Below the pieces are notes generated by a model, which saw only the letters and a list, made by a program, of their open reading frames with translations, was not told where the DNA came from and did not search any database. Made by a program: the position numbers and the translations under genes. A DNA stretch of 27,794 nucleotides from a virus (Duplodnaviria; Caudoviricetes). The stretch lies in IMG/VR virus record IMGVR_UViG_3300032320_000413, positions 1 to 27,794 of that record, one strand, 5' to 3'. This document shows positions 15,143 through 24,545 of this stretch, piece by piece (positions within the stretch are counted from its first letter, which is position 1; each line of letters opens with the position of its first letter).

Positions 15143-16560
15143 CGAGTGCCCTGACCGCTAATATCTATTTCAACCGCTACAGCCGTTTTCCAGTTACCAC
15201 TAGGACTAGTTTTAACCCTGTGATACCTACCTGCCGAACGAAGCCCACAGCGACCTTCAGAATCAGCTACAGACGCATCTCCGAACGTAATAGCATCATC
15301 TAGCAGCTCACGACTTGCAACCGCTACAGAGCCGCTACCAGCGTCCACAATCGGTCTGCCTAAAGTAATGACTGAGTGACCTACATCTATATCGCCTGAC
15401 GTTAATGCAGCCTGTTTGTATTGACCGCTAAAGGTTACGATATTAGGGCCTCTCGTTGCAGACAATAACAATAGACCACCAACCCACTGACGATCATCCA
15501 AAGAGATGCCTAGTGAGTCTATGCTTGCGCTAAATGCGTCCAAACCTTCTAGCGTTACAGATGGCGTTAAAGCAAACGATACGCTGTCAGCAGTAGTCTC
15601 TGCATACGACCATTTGTTTAACGAGATGTTGTAAATAAGCAGTAAATTGTCACCGTTCTGTGCAGGAAATAACCAAACAATCAGTCTTTTCTCTGTATCT
15701 ACAGCAGATGACATTCCAAATTTTAAATTTGTTAAGTTTGCATTATCAAAGAACCAGCGATCTATCTTTTCTGTACCGATTCCTTTGGTTGTCTGACCAT
15801 CGCACACGTAAAAACCATCGTCTGCTAAGAAATACGTTAATCCTGCAAAGTTAATGATTGATCCGGCAGAGATACAGCCAAGAGTACGGTTAATAGCGTC
15901 AAACTGGAAGAAATACGGACTACCTGCATACGTCATACGGTAGATTGCACGTTCTAAAAATACGATTCCGTATTCACCACCAGCTAAACCAGTAATGTCA
16001 CCACCGTCAGGTATGACTTGAGAGTCAGATTGACTAGCAAGACCAGGAGTCCAGTCTGTTTCATCGTTAATGTCAGACCAATAGACCTTATTTTCTTCGC
16101 CAGCTACATTAGCAGCGACTACAAAGTCCTTAACTACGGTTACATACTTAGCAGTAGGGGCAGCAGCAGCCAAATCACCAGCATAAGTAGATACATTTAG
16201 CGTATATGACTGCAATTTATTACTGCCGTTAGCCATAATCATCTTTGTACCGTACTGCGTAACATCCCAATACTCAATAGCACTATATCCGGCAGTAGTT
16301 AATGGAGACATCGCACGACTACCAGCAGTAAACTTGTACAGGTTAGTCGCAGAGCCACCAAATAATGATACCGTTCCTGCATATTTACCCGCAAAACAAG
16401 TCAATAAATTAGCGTTAGCAGCAGCAGAATACTCAACCTCGTCAAGAATTGGAGCATATCCATTAGTAACTGGATAACAGTTAACTGCGCCTGTTAAAGC
16501 ACCTGTAACGCCAGGCTGATCTGGTAGCCATTCACCGAATATTATGCGTTGTTTAGCCAT
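15139..16560 (-). CDS. Tail hub / nozzle (P22 gp10-like stabilisation protein)
   Basis: FGEWLPDQP start; beta-propeller-like repeats (VYWSDINDETDW, GCISAGS, DGFY); about 473 aa; start at ATG 16560. Confidence 0.72.
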   Translation of the reverse strand: MAKQRIIFGEWLPDQPGVTGALTGAVNCYPVTNGYAPILDEVEYSAAANANLLTCFAGKYAGTVSLFGGSATNLYKFTAGSRAMSPLTTAGYSAIEYWDVTQYGTKMIMANGSNKLQSYTLNVSTYAGDLAAAAPTAKYVTVVKDFVVAANVAGEENKVYWSDINDETDWTPGLASQSDSQVIPDGGDITGLAGGEYGIVFLERAIYRMTYAGSPYFFQFDAINRTLGCISAGSIINFAGLTYFLADDGFYVCDGQTTKGIGTEKIDRWFFDNANLTNLKFGMSSAVDTEKRLIVWLFPAQNGDNLLLIYNISLNKWSYAETTADSVSFALTPSVTLEGLDAFSASIDSLGISLDDRQWVGGLLLLSATRGPNIVTFSGQYKQAALTSGDIDVGHSVITLGRPIVDAGSGSVAVASRELLDDAITFGDASVADSEGRCGLRSAGRYHRVKTSPSGNWKTAVAVEIDISGQGTR

Positions 16561-16562
16561 CT

Positions 16563-17279
16563 TTATTGCCTTATCCAAGTATCAGATTGTGTTGCTACTA
16601 CTGTCCATGTGTTACCGCCTTCAGGAACAATAGTCCAAGTATTTGCTTGTTCTACTACGTTATCCCACTCGTCACCAATTATCTGACCGTCTGCGCTTAT
16701 AGTCGCACTTCCTTCTATACCTGCTATGGCGTTCCATACAGCTATTGCTAAACATGAAACTTCTGCTAAAGCATCTACTGAAGCATGACCGTCATAAACT
16801 ACACCACCGTTTGCAGTTACCGAAGCTGTTCCATCAATAGCAGCAGTGCCTACCTGAACTCTAATACCGTCTGCTGTAACCGTAGCAGTACCGTTAATAG
16901 CACCAGTAAAGAATAATGTTCTAGTAGCTTGTGCTGTAACCGTTGCCGTACCATCTACAGCAGCAGTAGCAAGTATTATCAACCCACCATTAGCCGTTAC
17001 AGTAGCAGTACCAATTATTGAGCCAGTAGCACTATAAATAATGCCACCTGCCGCAGTTACTACCGCAGTTGCATCTATAGAACCTGTAGCAGTCTGAATC
17101 CTGATACCAACAGCAGAAACAGTAGTCGATCCGTTAACACTTCCTGCACCACTATATATAGCAAAAGCATTAGCGGTTACTGTTGCTAAACCATTTACAC
17201 TAGCAGTAGCTAATACGACATTACCAGAAGCAGCTAATGACGAATACGGTGCTTGTGAATATGCTGAAAAGCCAAACAT
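16563..17279 (-). CDS. Structural protein with nine 20-aa tandem repeats and four Trp repeats
   Basis: MFGF...APYS start; repeats such as RIQTATGSIDATAVVTAAGG; C-terminal W-x9 repeats. Confidence 0.7.
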   Translation of the reverse strand: MFGFSAYSQAPYSSLAASGNVVLATASVNGLATVTANAFAIYSGAGSVNGSTTVSAVGIRIQTATGSIDATAVVTAAGGIIYSATGSIIGTATVTANGGLIILATAAVDGTATVTAQATRTLFFTGAINGTATVTADGIRVQVGTAAIDGTASVTANGGVVYDGHASVDALAEVSCLAIAVWNAIAGIEGSATISADGQIIGDEWDNVVEQANTWTIVPEGGNTWTVVATQSDTWIRQ

Positions 17280-18203
17280 TTACAGAACTACCCACTTCGA
17301 GCCACTAGGAACAGTTACCGACTGACCTGAAGCTACAGTTATAGGGCCTACAGACATTGCCGATGATCCGCTAGGTATCGAATAACTAGCAGCCACAGTA
17401 TTGCTATTAACAACTAATCCATTAGATGCAACTACCTGCGCTCCACTTAATGTATTAGGTGTAGTTACATTACCAGCAGTAGATATAGTTAAAGCGTCTG
17501 CTGTATTGACAGAGCCATTAACAATAAAACTAATCTTTTGACTATCCCACGTACCCATAACTAATGGGCCACCATAAGCCTCAACAAAACTAGCTAATGG
17601 TGTAGAAAATCCATTATTAGGAAAACCTGCTGCTGAATAACTATAGTTACTATTATTTATTCCAAGTTCAGAATATGCTGTATGACCTGCATCATTTACC
17701 GCATAACTTGCATAACTGGTATTGCTTGAGCTTGTATTTTGTAGGCTAGTGTAAAGATATAAAGGCTCACTTCCAGTAAATGCAGCAATAACACCAGAGT
17801 CAGAATGACTAGTAGTTGATCCAACATTTAATGAGCCAGTATCAGTAACTCCAGAAGTATAAGGTATCACTACACGATTATTTGCATCCTCGTACACAGC
17901 CTTGCTAGCAGGATACGTAGCAAATACGTCCTTGCTGTTAGCAGCAAACGAGATAGGAGAAGTATTACCAGAACTATTAGCCAATACCGTAGTACGAGCT
18001 AATGTAGTACCTGAAGATGTGTACGTACCGATACCTACTTCCCATGTGTTAGCAGTGCTATCAACAATAGAATAGTAGGTAGTATTACCGTTACCAATAA
18101 CAGCAAAAGACTGGAATCCAGCTACAGCACCAGCAAGCGTCAGCGTACCAGTGCCAGCAGTAGTAGATGTTTCCCTAACACGATCTGCGACAACTAGTGG
18201 CAT
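17280..18203 (-). CDS. Tail/neck fibre protein
   Basis: MPLVVADRVRETSTTAGTGTLTL.GA...WEVGIGT...KDVF.TYPA N-terminal domain; C-terminal domain homologous to that of 8996-9571. Confidence 0.72.
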   Translation of the reverse strand: MPLVVADRVRETSTTAGTGTLTLAGAVAGFQSFAVIGNGNTTYYSIVDSTANTWEVGIGTYTSSGTTLARTTVLANSSGNTSPISFAANSKDVFATYPASKAVYEDANNRVVIPYTSGVTDTGSLNVGSTTSHSDSGVIAAFTGSEPLYLYTSLQNTSSSNTSYASYAVNDAGHTAYSELGINNSNYSYSAAGFPNNGFSTPLASFVEAYGGPLVMGTWDSQKISFIVNGSVNTADALTISTAGNVTTPNTLSGAQVVASNGLVVNSNTVAASYSIPSGSSAMSVGPITVASGQSVTVPSGSKWVVL

Positions 18204-18213
18204 CGCTTACTCC

Positions 18214-18600
18214 TTACGCCAGAGTTACGCTAAGACCGCCAATAGCTATCTTAAAGATATCTCCAGATGATATAGTTTTCGATGTGTCCAATGCTGTGTG
18301 ATAAAGCAAGTTACCGCTAGAAGAAGCATCGAGAATACCGATCCAGCCAACTGTTCCCCATGAGCCAGAAGCCTGTGGAAACTCTACCGCAGCAGTATTC
18401 GTAGATACACCGTTACTAGGCGCACCCATCGTTACCGCAGTACGTGTATAAGAACCACCAGATACTTCAGTACCAGTGTTGGCATCAGTAGGATCAGATG
18501 TATAAAGACCAATATAAACAGTGGCAGGACTCGTGTAGCTCGTATTACGCAATGTAGCGTTAATCAAAGCGTTCTCGAGGTAGTTACTCATTTCGGCCAT
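18214..18600 (-). CDS. Virion structural protein (neck/fibre-associated)
   Basis: MSNYLENALIN...YIGLYTSDPTD...EVSGGSY.R...FP.A.GSWGTV...GNLL motif. Confidence 0.72.
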   Translation of the reverse strand: MAEMSNYLENALINATLRNTSYTSPATVYIGLYTSDPTDANTGTEVSGGSYTRTAVTMGAPSNGVSTNTAAVEFPQASGSWGTVGWIGILDASSSGNLLYHTALDTSKTISSGDIFKIAIGGLSVTLA

Positions 18601-18605
18601 AATTG

Positions 18606-19226
18606 TTACCTCACGTTATAGTTCATTGACATTGGCTGACCACTGTACTCACTACTCTGGTCTGCAATCGTTATTGATGATATTGCTCTATCGTACAAAC
18701 TAGCCCAAGTCTGTAATCTTGCGTCATTCATTAGATACGGTTCTGCCTCACCCAAAGAAGCGTAAAGCAACGCATCAGGAAAGTTAGTTAAGAATACATT
18801 ACCTTGATTCGTGTCGCTCAGGAAGAACGGCTGTGCGTAGTAAAGCATCTGAAGCTGATAAGTGCTGTCAGGAATAGGAGACAATTGAAGCTCTGTCGCT
18901 AACACAGTATATTCAGTAGGCTTGCCTGATTCTGTAACCCTGTAAGAGTTATAGAAAGAGTTAGGCGCACTATAGGATAGAGCCGTAATAGGATTAGTAT
19001 TGACGTGAATATCACGCATCTCTAGGAAGTCAGTAGGTAATCCTACGGTAGAGTCACCACCTGTCGTATTTGCTGTAGCTACAACCAACATCTGACGAGT
19101 TCTGAGTTCTCTACGCAGACGTAATTCAGCCAACTGGATGAACGTAGGAATCATAGCCGTTAAATCACTACGAGCTAAGTAACTAGCTATCGTAGTCTTT
19201 AAGTCACTGTATGTACTAAAAGCCAT
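18606..19226 (-). CDS. Head-tail adaptor (P22 gp4-like)
   Basis: YSDLKTTIA.YL.RSDL...FI.LAE.R...LP.DFL...P.PD..Y...PDALLY..L motifs. Confidence 0.78.
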   Translation of the reverse strand: MAFSTYSDLKTTIASYLARSDLTAMIPTFIQLAELRLRRELRTRQMLVVATANTTGGDSTVGLPTDFLEMRDIHVNTNPITALSYSAPNSFYNSYRVTESGKPTEYTVLATELQLSPIPDSTYQLQMLYYAQPFFLSDTNQGNVFLTNFPDALLYASLGEAEPYLMNDARLQTWASLYDRAISSITIADQSSEYSGQPMSMNYNVR

Positions 19227-19227
19227 A

Positions 19228-19881
19228 TTATTCCTCTAGTTGCTCAAAATCTTCCCAGCCATACTCATACGTACCTACGTGTTTGATGTGCATAGAAAGC
19301 TCGTGATCCACCCAAGTATCAAAGCCATTATCGCCAGCCTTAACGCAAAAGTGAACATCCTCACCTACTACACCAGTTGGCCCCCATCCTGCATCAAACC
19401 AAGGCTGAGGAACCTTCTCAAACACTTCCCTACGAATCATTACCGCCCCAAAACCCACAGCAGTAATCTTCTCAATACCTTCCTTACCACGAGAATCGAC
19501 ATTAGACCAATGATGGCGAATCCCTTTCTCATCCTCTGACTTAACTAACAACTTAGCAGTAGGCATACATGGCTTGCGTCTAGTGACAGCATTGACACCG
19601 ACGATTCCAACCTCACGAGATAACATTATCGTTATCAGATCAGGAGGAAAACGCATATCGCTATCAATGTACAGAACAGCGTCACAGCCCTCTTTTAATG
19701 CTACCTGAGCTAACTTCTCACGCTGATCGAATATAAGTGTCCCAGGCATCGTGTAGAGGCTTAGACCGCCCTTACCGTCCTTGCATCGAACAGACGCATC
19801 GTGTGCAGCCATCCTAGCAAAATCAAACGCAAAACCTGTATGTACTTCATCCCTGCATGGAATACAAACGCCAACTCTCAT
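19228..19881 (-). CDS. GT-A fold (GT2-like) glycosyltransferase
   Basis: VCIP strand, R..LA, YIDSDM (DxD), GFG..MIRREVF, GEDVHFC, H.G motifs. Confidence 0.85.
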   Translation of the reverse strand: MRVGVCIPCRDEVHTGFAFDFARMAAHDASVRCKDGKGGLSLYTMPGTLIFDQREKLAQVALKEGCDAVLYIDSDMRFPPDLITIMLSREVGIVGVNAVTRRKPCMPTAKLLVKSEDEKGIRHHWSNVDSRGKEGIEKITAVGFGAVMIRREVFEKVPQPWFDAGWGPTGVVGEDVHFCVKAGDNGFDTWVDHELSMHIKHVGTYEYGWEDFEQLEE

Positions 19882-20177
19882 ACTGTTCCCCGATATATCT
19901 TTAATACAGCTTGGTCAGGATGATTAAACCACTTTTTAAAAGCGACTTCATCAACTATGTAAAAGCCACGCATGATTCCCATTTCATTTAGCTTATCAAT
20001 AGCCGTAAAAGGTATTGAGCCAATCAAATGTAAATCTTCTGTTGCTCCTGTCCTAGCTTTATCAATATCTCTAAGAACTTGATTACGTTCTAAGAGATCA
20101 GATATATCTTGTTTAGTTTCGATGATAATGCCGCCATCACCGTCTGCATGAACTGTTTGAGTGCGAAAGTTTTCCAT
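19878..20177 (-). CDS. Hypothetical head-module protein, 99 aa
   Basis: GAGGG SD; QDI...GSIP...KKW.N.PD pattern; directly after the capsid gene. Confidence 0.72.
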   Translation of the reverse strand: MENFRTQTVHADGDGGIIIETKQDISDLLERNQVLRDIDKARTGATEDLHLIGSIPFTAIDKLNEMGIMRGFYIVDEVAFKKWFNHPDQAVLKIYRGTV

Positions 20178-20187
20178 TAATCCCTCT

Positions 20188-20217
20188 AAAAAGCCCCCTA
20201 CCGTTAGGCAGAGGGCT
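20188..20217 (-). terminator. Rho-independent terminator after the major capsid gene
   Basis: Minus-strand AGCCCTCTGCC-TAAC-GGTAGGGGGCT 11-bp stem (two G.U pairs) running into a 5-U tract. Confidence 0.75.
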
Positions 20218-20224
20218 AGTCAAA

Positions 20225-21169
20225 TTACAGCGAGAAGTCTAAGTCAGCAACGATACCATGCGCTGCTTCGTTCTTCACTTCCAAAGTTACTTCAGCAAGA
20301 ATCTGAGTTTTCTCAGAGTCGCCGTTCTTAGCCAATTCATTAGTCATGAATGGACGTAAGTAAGCCATTGCTGCGTACTCAGGATCTAGAATCAACATAT
20401 CACGTGAGCGCATAAATCTGTCAGGCACTATACTCAGAGTCCCAAAATCGCTAGCGTAGAGATCAGCCGCCCCCACGATAACACCAGGTTCTGCTTTCGT
20501 TAATTGATAACGATTAACTGCGATACCAGCAAAGGTAGAAACCTTCTGCTTACCTGCTGAACCAACGAATACAGCCTTTGGTGAACCGCCCGCATCAAAG
20601 ATTGAAGCGATAACAGTTTTCATCAATGCTTCAGTTGCAGTACGCTGAGTACCATCGGTACGGGTAGATGTACCCGAAGTTGCTGGAGCTGCACCACCAC
20701 TGCCTTGTGAGCTGTTGGTTTTGATCCATGACAACAATGAACTCATTTGACGAGCAACAGTAGAAGTACCTGCGCTACGAGCTTGGTTAGCAGTAATGAT
20801 GGTTTCTAAGTCACGCTTGATTTCAGCAGAAGCCTTAGCTAACTGGTAAGCCTTTTCTGACTTACGACCTGCTTTGTTTACTTTATCCAAAGTACCAGAA
20901 ACTTGAACAGTTTTCTGTACGATCTGTGTGTAGTTACCTACACGAGTCGTTGGTGATGCAGTGATAGAAGTTGCATCTGCGCCCTCGACCGCAGCGTTAG
21001 CGGTAGTAGCAGAAGCCAAGCTGTCAGTCTGCCACTCATGGTAAACAGCAGTAGCTGAAGTCTTACCGATAGATGACATGATTGGTGTTTCAGTTGGGCT
21101 GATGTTATAGATAACGTCAGATAAATCTTCACGCATACCGATAGCGGTAAATGTTTGATATGTAGGCAT
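20225..21169 (-). CDS. Major capsid protein (DUF5309/SU10-like, HK97 fold)
   Basis: REDLSD.IYNISPTETP...HEWQTD.L...EG.D...NYTQI..K...E.KRDLE motifs; follows the scaffold; terminator downstream. Confidence 0.9.
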   Translation of the reverse strand: MPTYQTFTAIGMREDLSDVIYNISPTETPIMSSIGKTSATAVYHEWQTDSLASATTANAAVEGADATSITASPTTRVGNYTQIVQKTVQVSGTLDKVNKAGRKSEKAYQLAKASAEIKRDLETIITANQARSAGTSTVARQMSSLLSWIKTNSSQGSGGAAPATSGTSTRTDGTQRTATEALMKTVIASIFDAGGSPKAVFVGSAGKQKVSTFAGIAVNRYQLTKAEPGVIVGAADLYASDFGTLSIVPDRFMRSRDMLILDPEYAAMAYLRPFMTNELAKNGDSEKTQILAEVTLEVKNEAAHGIVADLDFSL

Positions 21170-21178
21170 TATATTTCC

Positions 21179-22153
21179 TTATAAGAATCGTTCAAAAGCG
21201 GCTGCGGCATCACTAATCTTTCCAGATTGTCTAGCTCTAGCCTTCAGTTTTTTAATATCCTCAGTATTACTATCTCTTGGGTTTGATACTCCAGGCTTCA
21301 TTGCCTTCGGAGCTTCATTAACCTTCTTAGCAATACCAGGTTGCGATGCTTTCAATTTATCGTACTGCATAGCTTTATATAGCGTTAATACAGCACGTGA
21401 ATCAAATACATTCGCTAGTTCATCATCCGAGAATCCAGCCTGTTTACCGTAGCTGCGTATCTCTTTACGGATTACCTCACCCTTAACAGGATCAGCGTAT
21501 TCAGGTAACGCACCAACTAACTTCTCAGCTTCCTGTGCGACCGTTGCACGTAGTTGCTGCTGTCTGTCATATTCCTGCTGTTGAGCTATATGCGCTCTCT
21601 CAGCACGAACCTGCGCTAACTGCTTTTCCCTCTGAGACATCTCTGCAACCTTAACAGCGTATCCAATAGGATCAGTCTCTTTCAGGTATTCCAGATTCTC
21701 TGTTTCTTGAGGCTGCATCAAGGCTTGCTCGATATACTGCAACCTCTCCGCATAAGTATCTCGGAGTTGCTTCGCTTCTTGAACTGCATGGCGTTCAGCT
21801 TCAACTGCCTTACGTTCTTCAGCTACAGCTTGCGATTTCTTTGTATAATCAGTGCCAAGTTGATACGACTTAATAAGCTCATCAAGGGTTACATCACGTT
21901 CTTCTCCCGCAGCTTTCACTCGGAATGTTTGATGTTCCTCTGGCTCATCAGCTTCTTCTTGTTCTACCTCAGATTCTTCCGATTCCTCGTATTCCTCTGA
22001 TTCGGCATCGCTATCGTTGGATTCTGTGCGCTGTTCTGGTTGTTCCTGTTCGGAGCCGTCATCAGTACCCATTAATCCCAAAATAGCGTGGGCTGCACCA
22101 TTTACATCTAACTGCGCACTTCCCTCTGGAGTGGTGCTTTCAGTATCGCTCAT
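21179..22153 (-). CDS. Capsid scaffolding protein
   Basis: Acidic N-terminus; VK..GEE..VTLDEL..SY...DYTKK.Q; coiled coil; C-terminal SG...DAA motif. Confidence 0.85.
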   Translation of the reverse strand: MSDTESTTPEGSAQLDVNGAAHAILGLMGTDDGSEQEQPEQRTESNDSDAESEEYEESEESEVEQEEADEPEEHQTFRVKAAGEERDVTLDELIKSYQLGTDYTKKSQAVAEERKAVEAERHAVQEAKQLRDTYAERLQYIEQALMQPQETENLEYLKETDPIGYAVKVAEMSQREKQLAQVRAERAHIAQQQEYDRQQQLRATVAQEAEKLVGALPEYADPVKGEVIRKEIRSYGKQAGFSDDELANVFDSRAVLTLYKAMQYDKLKASQPGIAKKVNEAPKAMKPGVSNPRDSNTEDIKKLKARARQSGKISDAAAAFERFL

Positions 22154-22172
22154 GTTTTCATTTCCATAATTA

Positions 22173-22191
22173 TATAGGGAACCGCCCTATA
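22173..22191 (-). promoter_or_regulatory. Perfect 7-bp hairpin in the scaffold gene leader
   Basis: TATAGGG-CGGTT-CCCTATA, about 20 nt upstream of the scaffold ATG. Confidence 0.5.
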
Positions 22192-22195
22192 CGGA

Positions 22196-22426
22196 CTACA
22201 AAATCTTCCATCTTTTTGCGTCAATGAGCTTCTGGTTAGTAAGCCCTTGAATATAACCTTCTATATCCTCTAGAACTCGGAGGCGTAGATACGCTTGTTC
22301 ACGTAGTTCCATGTCGCTGTAATCTGTGCTTCTAAACTTCTGTATCTCTAATTCTTTTAGCTCGTTCATTACCTCAATGAATCGCTCATCTTGAAGTATC
22401 CGAGCTGCCCAATCTGCTTTACTCAT
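22196..22426 (-). CDS. Small head-module protein, 76 aa
   Basis: Between portal and scaffold; ATGA coupling; REQAY helix. Confidence 0.75.
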   Translation of the reverse strand: MSKADWAARILQDERFIEVMNELKELEIQKFRSTDYSDMELREQAYLRLRVLEDIEGYIQGLTNQKLIDAKRWKIL

Positions 22427-24516
22427 TGGACTAAACCACCTAATTCTTTAATCGCTTTAAGGACAATCTCAGCCTGTTTCTGACGCATCTGCTCGTCTGC
22501 CATATCCATCGTTAGGATTGCCTGTAACTGCTGAACAGCTAACTGTGCTTCTTTAATCTTGATGTCTGACTGTTGCTGCTGATTCTTCATAGCCATCTCT
22601 AGACCCTTTTGGGTATAAGACGCTTCAAGTTCCTGCTGCTTTAACTTTAGCTTCTCCGAGTCAATCTGCGACTTCGCAGCGATCTTCTCTCGCTCAACAC
22701 TAGCAAGCATCTGAGCTACTTCAGCCTGAGCATCTGGTGACGGTGGCTGTGGCTGCGCTAACGCTGCGTCCTGCTCTGGAGTTATCTCATTCAAGAAAGC
22801 ATTAGCATCTTTGAAACCTGCTGACTCGATAAACTTTGCTAACGTGGTGCGATACTGTCCTACCGATACTAGCGGATTAGATGGGCCAAACTGCTGCAAT
22901 ATCTGCTCTTGTTTCGCTAGAATCATTTGTAACATAGCCAGCTTTTGATCTCTGTCGCCAGAGCCAAGACCTACGTTAATGCTAATGTCGTATTCATTCG
23001 CCCATGTTCTAGGGTCGTACTGTACGTATTTACCACGCATACGGATAATCTTAGCCTTGTCCTGATACTTGCCCAATAGATGCAAGATAGCTCTGAATAA
23101 CGACTTAACGCCAGTGTCAGCAAAGATACGAGCAATCAACTCTAACTTACCGCTATTAGACTTCATCATAGCCGCTACAGCAGTAGCTGTGACGTTAGAT
23201 AATATATCTGGATCTAAACCTGACGATGCGTCTGTAACGCCTGTACGCTTGGCTGCTACACCGTCCAGATACTCAAACATTGGGAACGCTTGACCTGTAA
23301 CGCTAGGTACTTGTAACGGTATCAGAGCATTAGGATTCTTTACTCGGATAATCCCACCAGGAGTAGCATTTAACAAATCATCGACGTTTGCTTGTCCATC
23401 AACTACACCAATACGAGCATTGTTGGTGAGATAAAGATTATCCAAAGTCTGACGCATCAACGTGGACTTGATTAACTGAATGTCCATCGTTCTGTCAGCT
23501 AATGACTGTCCAAAAAACTTGTGCGGGATTGGGATCGGACACAACGAATGGAACGGAATTAAGTCAGTCTCATCGTCATACAGAATCTCGTTGCCGCAGT
23601 AAACAATCCTACGTAACTCAGCGATACCATCCTCGTCCTCATCGATACGTATAAAGCACTCGTATATCTCAACTACCTGCATCGAGAAGTCTAAGCTAGG
23701 AGCTGAATCAGGCTGCTCACCTTGATCGAATCGTGCGATACGCTCAGGACTGTAAGTTAAATCGTCATACGTTGGCAGACTGTCAACTACGTCTTTATCG
23801 TAACCCATAGCGATAAGATCACTACGTGGAACTAAGCGTCTGTGCGCTACGAACGGAGAATCATCAATAGTCTTAGCTGCCTTAGAGATCAAGAATTCTT
23901 CTGGCGGCACGTTCTCAATACGTACATTACCTGACTTCTTAACCTTCTTTACCGTTACAGAATAAGATGGAGCCATAATCGGCATACCCATCTCATCAAC
24001 TCCAGCTTCTACCATCTCTACCTTCTGACGCACAACTTCCATTGACTCATCAGATAGCAATAAAGCAAGTTCTTCTTCTGTTAGATTCTTGTACTTCTCT
24101 TTGACTACATCTTCTTTTGATTCCCAGTAAGACTTAACGATACCTGTCTTTTGTAACAGCGCATCCTTAAACCAATTGTGCAGGATCAGCAGACCATCAT
24201 TCTCACGATAGAATACCCAGTTACAGTATTCGGTAGCTTGCTTGGCTGATTCCTCGTCATTAGGTGACTTAGGCTCAAAGTAAACTATGTCCTCTGTTGT
24301 CGTAAAGACACGTAGAAGCTGTGGCAATGCGCCATCAATAGCTTCAGCTACCTCGCCTGTAACGATCTGACTACGACCTTCTACCTCGTTGCCGTAAGCC
24401 TCACGTAAGTAATACTGTAAAGCTCTAGTACGCTCGTCAGTAGTCTCAGAGTCGATGAACCCGATTGCGTTCTCAATCTCGTTATCTAAGATACCTTTTA
24501 CTTGTCCTGAATCCAT
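22423..24516 (-). CDS. Portal protein (P22-like with C-terminal helical barrel)
   Basis: 697 aa after terL; VPPEEF, PIPHKFFG.S..D...DIQ, RQ.LDNLYLTNN, RTGV motifs; long Q-rich C-terminal coiled coil. Confidence 0.9.
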   Translation of the reverse strand: MDSGQVKGILDNEIENAIGFIDSETTDERTRALQYYLREAYGNEVEGRSQIVTGEVAEAIDGALPQLLRVFTTTEDIVYFEPKSPNDEESAKQATEYCNWVFYRENDGLLILHNWFKDALLQKTGIVKSYWESKEDVVKEKYKNLTEEELALLLSDESMEVVRQKVEMVEAGVDEMGMPIMAPSYSVTVKKVKKSGNVRIENVPPEEFLISKAAKTIDDSPFVAHRRLVPRSDLIAMGYDKDVVDSLPTYDDLTYSPERIARFDQGEQPDSAPSLDFSMQVVEIYECFIRIDEDEDGIAELRRIVYCGNEILYDDETDLIPFHSLCPIPIPHKFFGQSLADRTMDIQLIKSTLMRQTLDNLYLTNNARIGVVDGQANVDDLLNATPGGIIRVKNPNALIPLQVPSVTGQAFPMFEYLDGVAAKRTGVTDASSGLDPDILSNVTATAVAAMMKSNSGKLELIARIFADTGVKSLFRAILHLLGKYQDKAKIIRMRGKYVQYDPRTWANEYDISINVGLGSGDRDQKLAMLQMILAKQEQILQQFGPSNPLVSVGQYRTTLAKFIESAGFKDANAFLNEITPEQDAALAQPQPPSPDAQAEVAQMLASVEREKIAAKSQIDSEKLKLKQQELEASYTQKGLEMAMKNQQQQSDIKIKEAQLAVQQLQAILTMDMADEQMRQKQAEIVLKAIKELGGLVQ

Positions 24517-24545
24517 AGCTAAACCCTATGCGGATATTTTGCTTA

